Positions 34,039 through 42,701 of a stretch of DNA of 64,000 nucleotides are shown piece by piece (positions within the stretch are counted from its first letter, which is position 1; every line of letters begins with the position of its first letter). A program made the position numbers and the translations under genes. The stretch comes from a virus. A model generated the notes under the pieces. It worked only from the letters and a program-made list of their open reading frames with translations, had not been told where the DNA came from and did no database searches. The stretch is taken from positions 32,001-96,000 of the IMG/VR virus record IMGVR_UViG_3300009082_000002, one strand, 5' to 3'.

Positions 34039-37000
34039 AGATCAAGGACATCTCGCCGACTTCCTTGCGCGGAGTAAAGGACCAGGAGCTTCTCTCGCTC
34101 CACCTTCGGACTCATCAGCTTTACGGCGCGAACTTCGGGCCGGACGCCCCGCCAGAGCGCGGCTACCGCGACGACACGGGAGACACGGCCAAGGACGGCT
34201 TGAGGCTCGACGAGGAGACCGCGCGGAAGATCTGGCGCGGCGAGGTCAAGGCGGTCACCTTCTCCGACGACCCCGGTGACGTTGAGCGCGCTCTGTTCCT
34301 GCTGTCGCCCGGCTTCGCCTACGGCATCATCCGGCTTGACGAGACCGACACCGACGACCACAAGTACAAGGTCGACTACTTCCGCGCTTTCGAGGTGCCG
34401 CTCACATTCAAGGGCACGGGCGACGGCCTGCTCGTGACGGGAGTCGAGATCACGTCGGAGGAGTCGCCGCTGTCGCTGGAAGACCTGGTCCACGCTCACC
34501 AGTTCATCCTCGACGAGATGAACCGCCGGAAGATGCGCCACCAGTGGGCCTCGCAGCTCGACGACGAGACCAGCCCGGGCGAGGAGATTGAGAAGGCGAC
34601 CGGACCTTTCAAGCGCTGGGGTGGGTCTGCCCAGTACGCAGCAAAAATCGCGAAGTACGTACCAGCGAACGCTGGCGCGTACATCGAGCCCTTCGCTGGT
34701 GCGGCCAGCGTGTTTTTCTCACTGACCGACACGCCGAGGAAGCGCGTGCTGGCCGACCTGGACCCGGAGCTAGTTCACGCCTTCAAGATGATCCAGGGCG
34801 CGGCGAAGAACGGGCTCATCAAGGCGCTCGAAAAAAAGGACCGTGTTGTCAGCGAAAAGCAGTGGCAGAAGTTGCGGCATCGGATTCCGAGCGGCGACGT
34901 CGAGCGCGTTCATCGGTTCCTGTACCTGCTCGGCGGATCGTGGTCCGGCGTGCGGAGTGGCGCGCGCCCGAACAAGAAACGAGTCGGTCAGATTTCCTAC
35001 GATCCGAAGCGGCTGGAGAAGTTCATCAAGCCGTTGCAGGGCGTGACGCTCAAGAACCAGAACTGGCAGAAGACGCTGAAGGACAACGACGCGCCGGACG
35101 CCTTCTTCTTCATCGATCCGCCGTACCCGGGCGAGTGGGACAAGAACGCCGACGACACAGGCACGGACGGCAAGCAGTTCGACGTCGAGGCTCTTGTCGA
35201 GGCGATGAAGGATCTGAAGGGTGGCTGGCTTCTCGTTCTTGGCGACACCAAGACCCAGACGGATGCGCTGGCGAAACTGGAGAAGGAAGCCGGCGCATCT
35301 CGCTTCAAGATCCAGTTGAGCGAGGCTGCGAGTTCTGGTGGGCACAAGGAAGCCTATCGGTACTTCGCGATGCGCCCGCTTCAGTCCCGCGTGCGGAAGG
35401 CCGACGACGTTGGCGTGAGCCGCGACCAGGTACTCGACCTCATGGAAGAGGCCGGCAGCTTTGTGGTGGTACCGAGTTATGTGTCGCTCGTCGGCTCCGT
35501 CGTGACCGGCGAGGATGACCAGTCGGCACACGACATTGATCTGCTTGTTCGCGATGACGAGATCGATTCCAAGGTCGGGCTCAAGCTGGACCGCCTCTTT
35601 CCCGCGTCGATGCGCGACAAGGTCCACTACATCCCCGACCCGCAGGGACCGAATTGGGATCACCTGCCGCTGTACGATCTGGTCCTGCGGAAGCGCAGCG
35701 CGCTGGAAGTGGTCGAGGTCGATGAACCGGAGTACCACCCCTTCCTGTCCGGCGATGTGCGCCGCTACGGCGAGCAAGTCGCGAAGGGGAAGTTCACCAT
35801 CGTCCGTGGAATCTGGGGCTCGCCCGGCGGCAAGGCTTTTCTCGCAAAGCGCATCGCCACCGTCATCCCGCCTCACAAAATCTACGTCGAGCCGTTCGCT
35901 GGCGGTGGCGCGGTTCTCTTCGCGAAGCCGCCGGTCGAAAAGGAAGTCGTCAACGACCTCGACAGCGAGATCGCCTTCGCGTGGCGGTTCGTCAGCAAGG
36001 TCACGGACGACCAGCTCGACGCGCTCCGCAAGATGAACTGGGTGGCGAGCGGCAAGCTGTTCGCCAAGCTGCGTGACATGAAGCCGCCGTCCGATCCGGT
36101 CGAGCGATTTCATCGGTTCATGTACCTCTACCGCTGGAGCATCAACGGCAACCGCGAGAAGACGCACACGATGCCGCCGACCTACGAAGGGCTCCGGCAG
36201 CAGGCAGTCGAAGCGGTCGAGCGGTGTCGCGAGCGCGTGCATGGCCTCATCGTGCGGAGCGCCGACTACGAGAAGGTTATCGACGAGTTCGACAGCAAGG
36301 ACACCTTCTTCTTCATCGATCCGCCGTACAAGCATTATGATGCCCAGCTCACCGAGGAGAAGAAGCAAGAGGACTTCGACGAGGAGCGATTCGTCGAGGT
36401 GCTGAAGAAAATCAAGGGCAAGTTCCTTGTGACCTACGGAATCCGCAGCGGCACGGATCTCTTCAAGGGCTTCACGGTCCAGCGGTGGCAGCACCGAGGT
36501 CGGCCCGGGCCGGCCGTGGGCGGCAAGTTCCAGAAGGTCACGACGCTCATGGTCTCAAACTATCCGCTGCCGCAGCGGACGCGCAAGGCGAAGGTGGGGC
36601 TCATGCAGCCCTTCACTCCGCTGAAGGCGAAGGGCGGGTACCATCAGGGCGAGTTCTTCGAGGCCGACCCGCTGTGGGATCTCTGGGCTGGCCCTGCGAT
36701 CAAGGACGGGAAGACCGTCGCCGTCGAAACCAAGTTCGACGGAATTCGGATGGTCATCCACAAGGAAGGCGACAACGTCGCGATCTACACCGAGGATAAG
36801 AAGCGCGACCGCGCGAGCATCCTTCCGGACTTGGCCGACGAGGTTCGCAAGCTGACAGTCGAGAACGTGATCCTTGACGCCGAGGTCGTCTGGTGGAAGG
36901 GCAGCAAGCCGCTGGCCCGTCACGACATGATGGCGCTCGTTGTCGGCAAGGACCCGATCAAGGGCGAGGATATCCGGGCCAACGTGTTCGACGTCCTGTG

Positions 37001-39323
37001 GTTCGGCGGCGAGGGCAGCCTGGCCGATGAGTCGTGGGAGGATCGCCAGTCGTACCTGCGCAAGGTTCTGCCGAAGGATGGGAAGCATCTCATTCGCGTG
37101 GTGCCGCGGCTGGTCAACAACCGGCGCGAGTTCGATGCCGCACTCAAGGCTGCGCGTCGAGCAGTCGGCAGCGAAGGCGCGATGCTGAAGCTCGCCAATG
37201 CGCCGTACGATCTGGAAGGCCAGACTGGCGCGTGGGCCAAGCTCAAGGACGTGTACGAGATCAAGTGTGTCGTCATCGGTGTCCGCAAGAAGATCCCGAG
37301 CGAGCAGGAGGACCCCGGCTTCAAGAAGGACCCCTCGCGCTGGAACTACGCCGGTATCAAGGAGCCCAGCGCTTTCACCTACCGCTGCGCCGTCCGTGGT
37401 GAGGGTGGCAAGCTCATCCCCATCGAGGGCGAGCGGACGTACACCGGCTCGGATCTCAAGGTGCGGTGGGTCGAGAAGGGCCAGAAGGACCCGGTGACGG
37501 GTGAGACCGCGAGCGAGAGCGAGTGGCGCGGTACCGACGATCCGAAGCTCTGGAAGATGGGGCTCGGCTTCAACAACCGCGACGTCGGCGACACCGAGTA
37601 CGGCACGACCTACGGCACCGGAGTCGAGGCGAAGATCGGTGACGTCATCACGGTCTCTCCGGTCTTGGTCCGAGAGTGGGTCGGGGACAGCGGCCGGCGT
37701 CACTACTCGTGGACCTTCCCCATCGTGCGCGAATCCGACCCGACACGCGACGAGCCTGACCGCGTCGAAGACCTGCGGCGCATCGCAGCGGCGAGCCGGC
37801 AGCGCGCACCGGAGAAGATGCCGAGCGAGGAAGCCGTCGAAACCGCGGCGGTGTCGAAGTCCGTCGCGAGGATCGCCCACCTGCAGAAACAGCGGCGCGG
37901 CGACCTGGACCCCGACGAGACCAAGCTCAATCGCGAGGAGGAACGCGAACGGCAGGAGAAGATCACGGGCGACCCGTACATGGTCGAGCAGAAGGCCAAG
38001 GCCAAGGCACGGTTCGTCTTGCAACAACACTATCGCGGGTTCTGGTCGCCGGACGAGCGGAAGCAACTGCGAGACGGAATCACGCGGGCTCGCGAGCTGG
38101 CCGAGTCCGACAAGAAAGATGAGGCCAAGGATCTGCTCAAGGGTCTCTGGCAGGAGTACCAACCGCTCATGCTCAAGGCCAGCATCGCAGAGATCCGCGA
38201 GGCAGCCGAGGCCGCAGACAACGCAGGCGAAGGCGAGGTCAGTCCGGCGGTTGCGCGCCGTCTATCGGAAGCGGTGCCGATGTTCGATGAGCTCGAAGGG
38301 GTCGAAGATCGGATCGTCAACCGGGGCAACGTCCACACCGACCTTCGGATGGAGTCGCCGTCCGGCGACTGGCTGATCGGCTGGACGCTGGATACGCCGA
38401 AGCTGGCCCTGCAGACGCTCGACGGGAAGGCGCATGACCTCCTCCGGTCCTACGTGATTGACAACAAGCCGGACGACAACGCGCTCGCCCAGCGCAAGCT
38501 GGTCCAGCCCGAGAACTGGCTGGCCATCGTCAACGAGAAGAAGCCGATCTACCAGACCGCTCCGGGCGACGTCGGCTCAACGCGCGGCACCGCTGGCGAG
38601 TACCACTACATTGACTCGGGCGTTGTGATCTTCGGCGTGCAGAAGTCCGACTATCACGAGTACTTCTTCTTCCCCGAGAAGCACAAGGGCTGGGCCGGTC
38701 GGTGGGGGCTGCAGCTCATCGAGGGGAGCCCGAGCTACGCCCGCGCGCCGAGCGAGTTCTGGATGGCCAACCGGCCGAAGGAAACGCAGACCCCCTACAT
38801 CCAGACGCACGACCTCGACGAGGAGGAGAAGAAGGCCAAGACCGACAAGATCGACCTCGTGTGGAACCCCGACACGGTCGAGGCACTGAAGGCGGTCGGG
38901 TACGAATCGCTCGCCGACGTGTCGAAGTCCGCTGGCGGCGAGCTTGAACCGATCAGCGTCAACGTCCGAATCGTGAAGGCGGCGAAGGAGGAGCGGTACG
39001 TTCTCGGCGTTGTGATGAAACCGGATGACGTCGACGCCCACGGAGAGATTACCACGGCAGCCGAGATCAGGAAGGCTGCCCACAATTTTCTTGTCAATGG
39101 TCCGAAGATCGGCTATCAACATGAAGAGACACCTGGAGGTCTGATCTTGATCGAGAGCTTCCTGGCCCCCGCAGAGTTCAAGCTCGGTGGCGAGACGATC
39201 ACTGTTGGCACCTGGCTCATCGCGGTTCGCGTGAACAACGACAAGGTGTGGAAGGCCGTCAAGGAAGGGAAGATCACCGGCTTCAGCATCGAAGGTTACG
39301 CAAAGAAAGTGCCGCTCGAATAG
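34035..39323 (+). CDS. Polyprotein: Dam MTase, NTase-like, Dam MTase, ATP-dependent DNA ligase, LigD phosphoesterase-like, XkdF-type prohead protease
   Basis: Two EPFAG..DPPY sets (DPPY at 35115 and 36318); VGS..DID (35490-35540); ETKFDG (36726), LDAE, FDVL, EGAMLK, WAKLK; FVLQQH..HTDLRME; PDDVDAHG..AAH.F..H..IES..GTW..GFSIEG. Confidence 0.85.
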   Translation: MKIKDISPTSLRGVKDQELLSLHLRTHQLYGANFGPDAPPERGYRDDTGDTAKDGLRLDEETARKIWRGEVKAVTFSDDPGDVERALFLLSPGFAYGIIRLDETDTDDHKYKVDYFRAFEVPLTFKGTGDGLLVTGVEITSEESPLSLEDLVHAHQFILDEMNRRKMRHQWASQLDDETSPGEEIEKATGPFKRWGGSAQYAAKIAKYVPANAGAYIEPFAGAASVFFSLTDTPRKRVLADLDPELVHAFKMIQGAAKNGLIKALEKKDRVVSEKQWQKLRHRIPSGDVERVHRFLYLLGGSWSGVRSGARPNKKRVGQISYDPKRLEKFIKPLQGVTLKNQNWQKTLKDNDAPDAFFFIDPPYPGEWDKNADDTGTDGKQFDVEALVEAMKDLKGGWLLVLGDTKTQTDALAKLEKEAGASRFKIQLSEAASSGGHKEAYRYFAMRPLQSRVRKADDVGVSRDQVLDLMEEAGSFVVVPSYVSLVGSVVTGEDDQSAHDIDLLVRDDEIDSKVGLKLDRLFPASMRDKVHYIPDPQGPNWDHLPLYDLVLRKRSALEVVEVDEPEYHPFLSGDVRRYGEQVAKGKFTIVRGIWGSPGGKAFLAKRIATVIPPHKIYVEPFAGGGAVLFAKPPVEKEVVNDLDSEIAFAWRFVSKVTDDQLDALRKMNWVASGKLFAKLRDMKPPSDPVERFHRFMYLYRWSINGNREKTHTMPPTYEGLRQQAVEAVERCRERVHGLIVRSADYEKVIDEFDSKDTFFFIDPPYKHYDAQLTEEKKQEDFDEERFVEVLKKIKGKFLVTYGIRSGTDLFKGFTVQRWQHRGRPGPAVGGKFQKVTTLMVSNYPLPQRTRKAKVGLMQPFTPLKAKGGYHQGEFFEADPLWDLWAGPAIKDGKTVAVETKFDGIRMVIHKEGDNVAIYTEDKKRDRASILPDLADEVRKLTVENVILDAEVVWWKGSKPLARHDMMALVVGKDPIKGEDIRANVFDVLWFGGEGSLADESWEDRQSYLRKVLPKDGKHLIRVVPRLVNNRREFDAALKAARRAVGSEGAMLKLANAPYDLEGQTGAWAKLKDVYEIKCVVIGVRKKIPSEQEDPGFKKDPSRWNYAGIKEPSAFTYRCAVRGEGGKLIPIEGERTYTGSDLKVRWVEKGQKDPVTGETASESEWRGTDDPKLWKMGLGFNNRDVGDTEYGTTYGTGVEAKIGDVITVSPVLVREWVGDSGRRHYSWTFPIVRESDPTRDEPDRVEDLRRIAAASRQRAPEKMPSEEAVETAAVSKSVARIAHLQKQRRGDLDPDETKLNREEERERQEKITGDPYMVEQKAKAKARFVLQQHYRGFWSPDERKQLRDGITRARELAESDKKDEAKDLLKGLWQEYQPLMLKASIAEIREAAEAADNAGEGEVSPAVARRLSEAVPMFDELEGVEDRIVNRGNVHTDLRMESPSGDWLIGWTLDTPKLALQTLDGKAHDLLRSYVIDNKPDDNALAQRKLVQPENWLAIVNEKKPIYQTAPGDVGSTRGTAGEYHYIDSGVVIFGVQKSDYHEYFFFPEKHKGWAGRWGLQLIEGSPSYARAPSEFWMANRPKETQTPYIQTHDLDEEEKKAKTDKIDLVWNPDTVEALKAVGYESLADVSKSAGGELEPISVNVRIVKAAKEERYVLGVVMKPDDVDAHGEITTAAEIRKAAHNFLVNGPKIGYQHEETPGGLILIESFLAPAEFKLGGETITVGTWLIAVRVNNDKVWKAVKEGKITGFSIEGYAKKVPLE

Positions 39324-39338
39324 CGGTCGGGATGGGCG

Positions 39339-40352
39339 ATGTCGAAGAAGGCCGAGCGCGAACTCAAGGACATCGTGGTCACGAATGTGGACCTTGTGGA
39401 CCGCGCCGCGAACGAGGAACAATTCGCAGTCGTGAAACGGAAGGAGGGCCGAGGGATGGCCGACAAGACCAAGGTGAAGAAGGACGAAGAGACCGAGGAG
39501 GAGAAGGTGGCCGGCGAGGTGGCAGGCGCCGCCGAGACCGAGACCGACACGGAGGCCAGCACCGATGAAGGCGGCGACGACAAGAGCGCGGTCGCCAAGA
39601 CGGCCGAGGCCGTCACGGGCCTGACCGCGCGGCTCGACTCGCTCCTCGACCACCTGGAGAAGAAGGGCAAGACCTCGAAGCAGGACGAGGACGAGGAGGA
39701 CGTCACGAAGGCGGACGGGATCAAGATGGCCAAGGACGCGCTCGCTGCGGCCCTCGTCGTCAAGAACCTGCCGGCCGACGCGAAGGCCAAGATCGAGTCG
39801 GCAATCGCCCTGCTCGACAAGATGAAGGCCAACGGCTACGGCTACCCGAAGCCGACCGAGGCCAAGAAGTCCGAGAGCGTCGTCGGCGACGCCGAGGCCG
39901 TGGCCAAGGCCGGTCGCATCCTGTCGAAGGCCAACCTCGGCAAGCTCCAGACCGCGGCCAAGGCCATGAACGACGCGACCGAGACGATCACATCCATGCT
40001 CAAGCAGGCGATGGGCACGACCGACGAGGAGGAGGACGAGGAGGCCAAGTCGAAGACGAAGAAGGCCAAGGCCAAGAAGCAGGACGACGAGGAGGACGAG
40101 ACCGACGTCGAGGCCAAGAAGGCCAAGGGCAAGAAGGCCGAGAAGGCCGAGGACGAGGACGAGGAGGTCAAGAAGTCGCTACTCGCGATCTCCGACAGCC
40201 TCACCAAGATCAGCAAGCGGCTCGACGACGCCGAGGCCGCCGTGGGGATCACCAAGTCCCTCGGCGACGGCGAGGATGCTCCCGAAGGCGAGACGGTCAA
40301 GAAGTCGCAAGGCGGCCTGTGGGCCGGACTCGGCCTGGTGCCGGGGCGCTAG
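39339..40352 (+). CDS. Capsid scaffolding protein with N-terminal protease-fold strand
   Basis: N-terminal RELKD..VDLVDRAAN..F.V.K; K/E/D/A-rich helical body; lies between protease and capsid; internal AAGGAGG + ATG at 39456. Confidence 0.75.
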   Translation: MSKKAERELKDIVVTNVDLVDRAANEEQFAVVKRKEGRGMADKTKVKKDEETEEEKVAGEVAGAAETETDTEASTDEGGDDKSAVAKTAEAVTGLTARLDSLLDHLEKKGKTSKQDEDEEDVTKADGIKMAKDALAAALVVKNLPADAKAKIESAIALLDKMKANGYGYPKPTEAKKSESVVGDAEAVAKAGRILSKANLGKLQTAAKAMNDATETITSMLKQAMGTTDEEEDEEAKSKTKKAKAKKQDDEEDETDVEAKKAKGKKAEKAEDEDEEVKKSLLAISDSLTKISKRLDDAEAAVGITKSLGDGEDAPEGETVKKSQGGLWAGLGLVPGR

Positions 40353-40427
40353 CAGCAAGGACAACCGACGCGTTGACCGCGTAGGAAGAACCGGGTGAAG
40401 GAACCCACGAGAGAAGGAGGCAGGAAT

Positions 40428-41636
40428 ATGCCGGCAGTGACCAACAGAGAGGCGCTCAAGAAGGCGGTCATCACGACGGACTCGATCACGACCGCCGGGA
40501 AGCTCAACCCCCTCCAGGCGGATCGGTTCATCGACTTCGTCTGGGACGTGACCAAGCTCAAGGGGCACGTGCGGACCGTCAAGTTCCGCAACGACGAGAT
40601 GTACATCGACAAGGTCGGGGTCGGCACTCGCGTCGCGGTGCCGAAGGTCGAGGCCGTGGACCCGGGTGTCCGGCGCGGCATCACGACCTCGCGCGTGACG
40701 CTGAAGCCGTCCGAGGTCATGTGCCCCTTCGAGATCAGCTACGAGATGCTCGACGAGAACCTGGAAGGCGAGGCCTTCGCCGAGCACCTGGTCAAGATGT
40801 TCGCCACGCAGTTCGGCAACGACATGGAGGAGCTGTGCATCAACGGCGATGCGCTGGGCCCGGCAGTCCTCCAGTCCGAGTACGTGGCCGGCGGCAGCGC
40901 GACCAAGTACGTCAAGGACGCGTACCTCGCGCTTCACGACGGCTGGCTGACCCTCGCGCGGCAGGGGCACGGTGTCGACTTCGCCGGGGCCAACGTGAGC
41001 AACCGCCTCTTCAGCCGACTGATCAACGCCCTGCCCGAGAAGTTCAAGAAGGACCGGACCAAGCTCCGCTTCTTCTGCTCCACGGACTTCGAGCAGAACT
41101 ACCGCGAGAAGGTGGCCGCCCGGGCGACCGGCAAGGGTGACGTGGCGCTGATGAGCGAGATGCCGCTGACGCCCTTCGGCGTGCCGCTCATCGCGGTGCC
41201 GCTGCTGCCCTTCCAGCCGAAGGTGGTCCAGCACATCGTCCTGACCGGCACCACGGCGACCGCGCTCCTCTTCAAGGATGTGACCAGCGTGGTCGTGACG
41301 ACCTCGACCCTGGACGCCACCCCCGAGGATGCGTACACCGAGGGCGCGGGTGGTGACTACGTGCTGGATGCGGTCAACGGCACCATCGCTCGGACCGCCG
41401 GCTCGACCATCGGTTCCGGCGCGACCGTGAAGGTGACCTACAACGCCGAGGCCCAGGTCATCTGCACGCACGAGAGCAACTTCATCATGGCGCTCGGCCG
41501 TGACTCGATCCGGCTGGAGACGGACCGGGACATCTTCAAGTCCACGCTCCAGTACTCGCTGACCGCCAAGATCGACTGCGAGTTCGAAGAGGCCGATGCG
41601 ATCAGCTTCGGCTACAACATCGGGCTCGACGTCTAG
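40428..41636 (+). CDS. Major capsid protein (HK97 fold) with beta-rich insertion
   Basis: G.LNP.QA.RFI, EISYE.L.EN.EG, F..D.EEL..NGD, DGWL, LP.K; AAGGAGG SD; extreme codon bias. Confidence 0.93.
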   Translation: MPAVTNREALKKAVITTDSITTAGKLNPLQADRFIDFVWDVTKLKGHVRTVKFRNDEMYIDKVGVGTRVAVPKVEAVDPGVRRGITTSRVTLKPSEVMCPFEISYEMLDENLEGEAFAEHLVKMFATQFGNDMEELCINGDALGPAVLQSEYVAGGSATKYVKDAYLALHDGWLTLARQGHGVDFAGANVSNRLFSRLINALPEKFKKDRTKLRFFCSTDFEQNYREKVAARATGKGDVALMSEMPLTPFGVPLIAVPLLPFQPKVVQHIVLTGTTATALLFKDVTSVVVTTSTLDATPEDAYTEGAGGDYVLDAVNGTIARTAGSTIGSGATVKVTYNAEAQVICTHESNFIMALGRDSIRLETDRDIFKSTLQYSLTAKIDCEFEEADAISFGYNIGLDV

Positions 41637-41669
41637 TCGGCCAGTGCTGCTCGACTGCTAGTGCTCGAC

Positions 41670-41712
41670 GCGGGAGCGGCCTGGTGACGGGCCGCTCCCG
41701 CTCTGCTCTTTC
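41670..41712 (+). terminator. Stem-loop/terminator after the capsid gene
   Basis: GCGGGAGCGGCC, 8 nt, GGCCGCTCCCGC followed by a T-rich tract. Confidence 0.7.
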
Positions 41713-41739
41713 AACTGCCAGACGAGGAGGAGGAACCTC

Positions 41740-42243
41740 ATGGCCACGCGCAAGCCCAAGTCAGGGGCAAAGAAGAAGCCTGCTGCCAAGGCGAGCAAGC
41801 CCGAGAAGCCCGAGTGCTACGGCGACGCCGAGAAGCTGGACCCGTCCGATCTTGACTGTCTGGAATGCGACACCTTCGAGGCCTGCTCGGACGCGGTTTC
41901 GCTTTCACAGGTTCCAGAGCCCGAGTCCGAGCCCGAGCCCGAGCTCGAGGACGAAACCCAGGCCGAGCCGGAGCCGAAGCCAGAGCCGAAGCCGAGCGCG
42001 ATCACCACGAGCGATCTTCCGCCGAAGCCGGGTGCACCGCGCCGCGCACGCCCGCCGGTTGATCCGATGTCGGGCGTGAAGCCGCCGGAGCATGGCGCCG
42101 TCGTCATGCTCCTCGTCGGCGCCAGCGATTCTCTGGCCGGAGGCCAGCGGTTCGTCAGGAACAAGCCGGTCACGATCTATGACCAGCGGCTCATCGCCTG
42201 CCTCGAAGGTAACCCGCGGTACTCCGTCGTGACGAAGAAGTAG
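41740..42243 (+). CDS. Pro/Glu/Lys-rich hypothetical protein
   Basis: GAGGAGGAGG SD; C-x-G..CxxC..C knuckle; EP repeats. Confidence 0.7.
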   Translation: MATRKPKSGAKKKPAAKASKPEKPECYGDAEKLDPSDLDCLECDTFEACSDAVSLSQVPEPESEPEPELEDETQAEPEPKPEPKPSAITTSDLPPKPGAPRRARPPVDPMSGVKPPEHGAVVMLLVGASDSLAGGQRFVRNKPVTIYDQRLIACLEGNPRYSVVTKK

Positions 42244-42253
42244 GGAGGCGGCC

Positions 42254-42676
42254 ATGACCATGACCTGGAAAGTCCGCACGAAGAAGCGCGGTCTGCACAT
42301 GGTCGAGATCGGCAAGCGCAAGCTGCCGCTCGTCGGTGGTCGCTGGGTCCGCGTCTCCGAGGACGATCTGACGGAGCTGCGCGAGCATCCCGACTCCGCG
42401 AGCTTCGAGTTCAAGAAGCTGGCCAGCCCGCCGCAGGTCAAGCCGCAGGCGAAGCCGCAGCGGCCGACGCCCAAGCCCGCGCTCAAGGTCAAGCCCGCGC
42501 CCGAGCCGCCGCAGAGCCCGTCGCCAGAGGATTCCGCAGAGGCGAAGGCCGTAGACCAGGAGCGCAGACAGTCGCACCTGCATGACGACGGCGCGAAGGA
42601 GTCGCGGAAGAAGCGCGGCCGGAAGCCAACGTCAGATAGCGGCGACGAGGGTGCCGAGAGCTGCGAGGGCGAGTAG
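42254..42676 (+). CDS. Pro/Lys-rich hypothetical protein
   Basis: GGAGG SD. Confidence 0.65.
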   Translation: MTMTWKVRTKKRGLHMVEIGKRKLPLVGGRWVRVSEDDLTELREHPDSASFEFKKLASPPQVKPQAKPQRPTPKPALKVKPAPEPPQSPSPEDSAEAKAVDQERRQSHLHDDGAKESRKKRGRKPTSDSGDEGAESCEGE

Positions 42677-42701
42677 CTCGCCGCTCGCCCCGGGGGCGGC
42701 C

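Noticed and set aside
34035-39323. Inteins as the explanation for polyprotein size
   Set aside because: No C/S...HN-C/S/T splice junctions or LAGLIDADG motifs were seen. The extra length is accounted for by enzyme domains.
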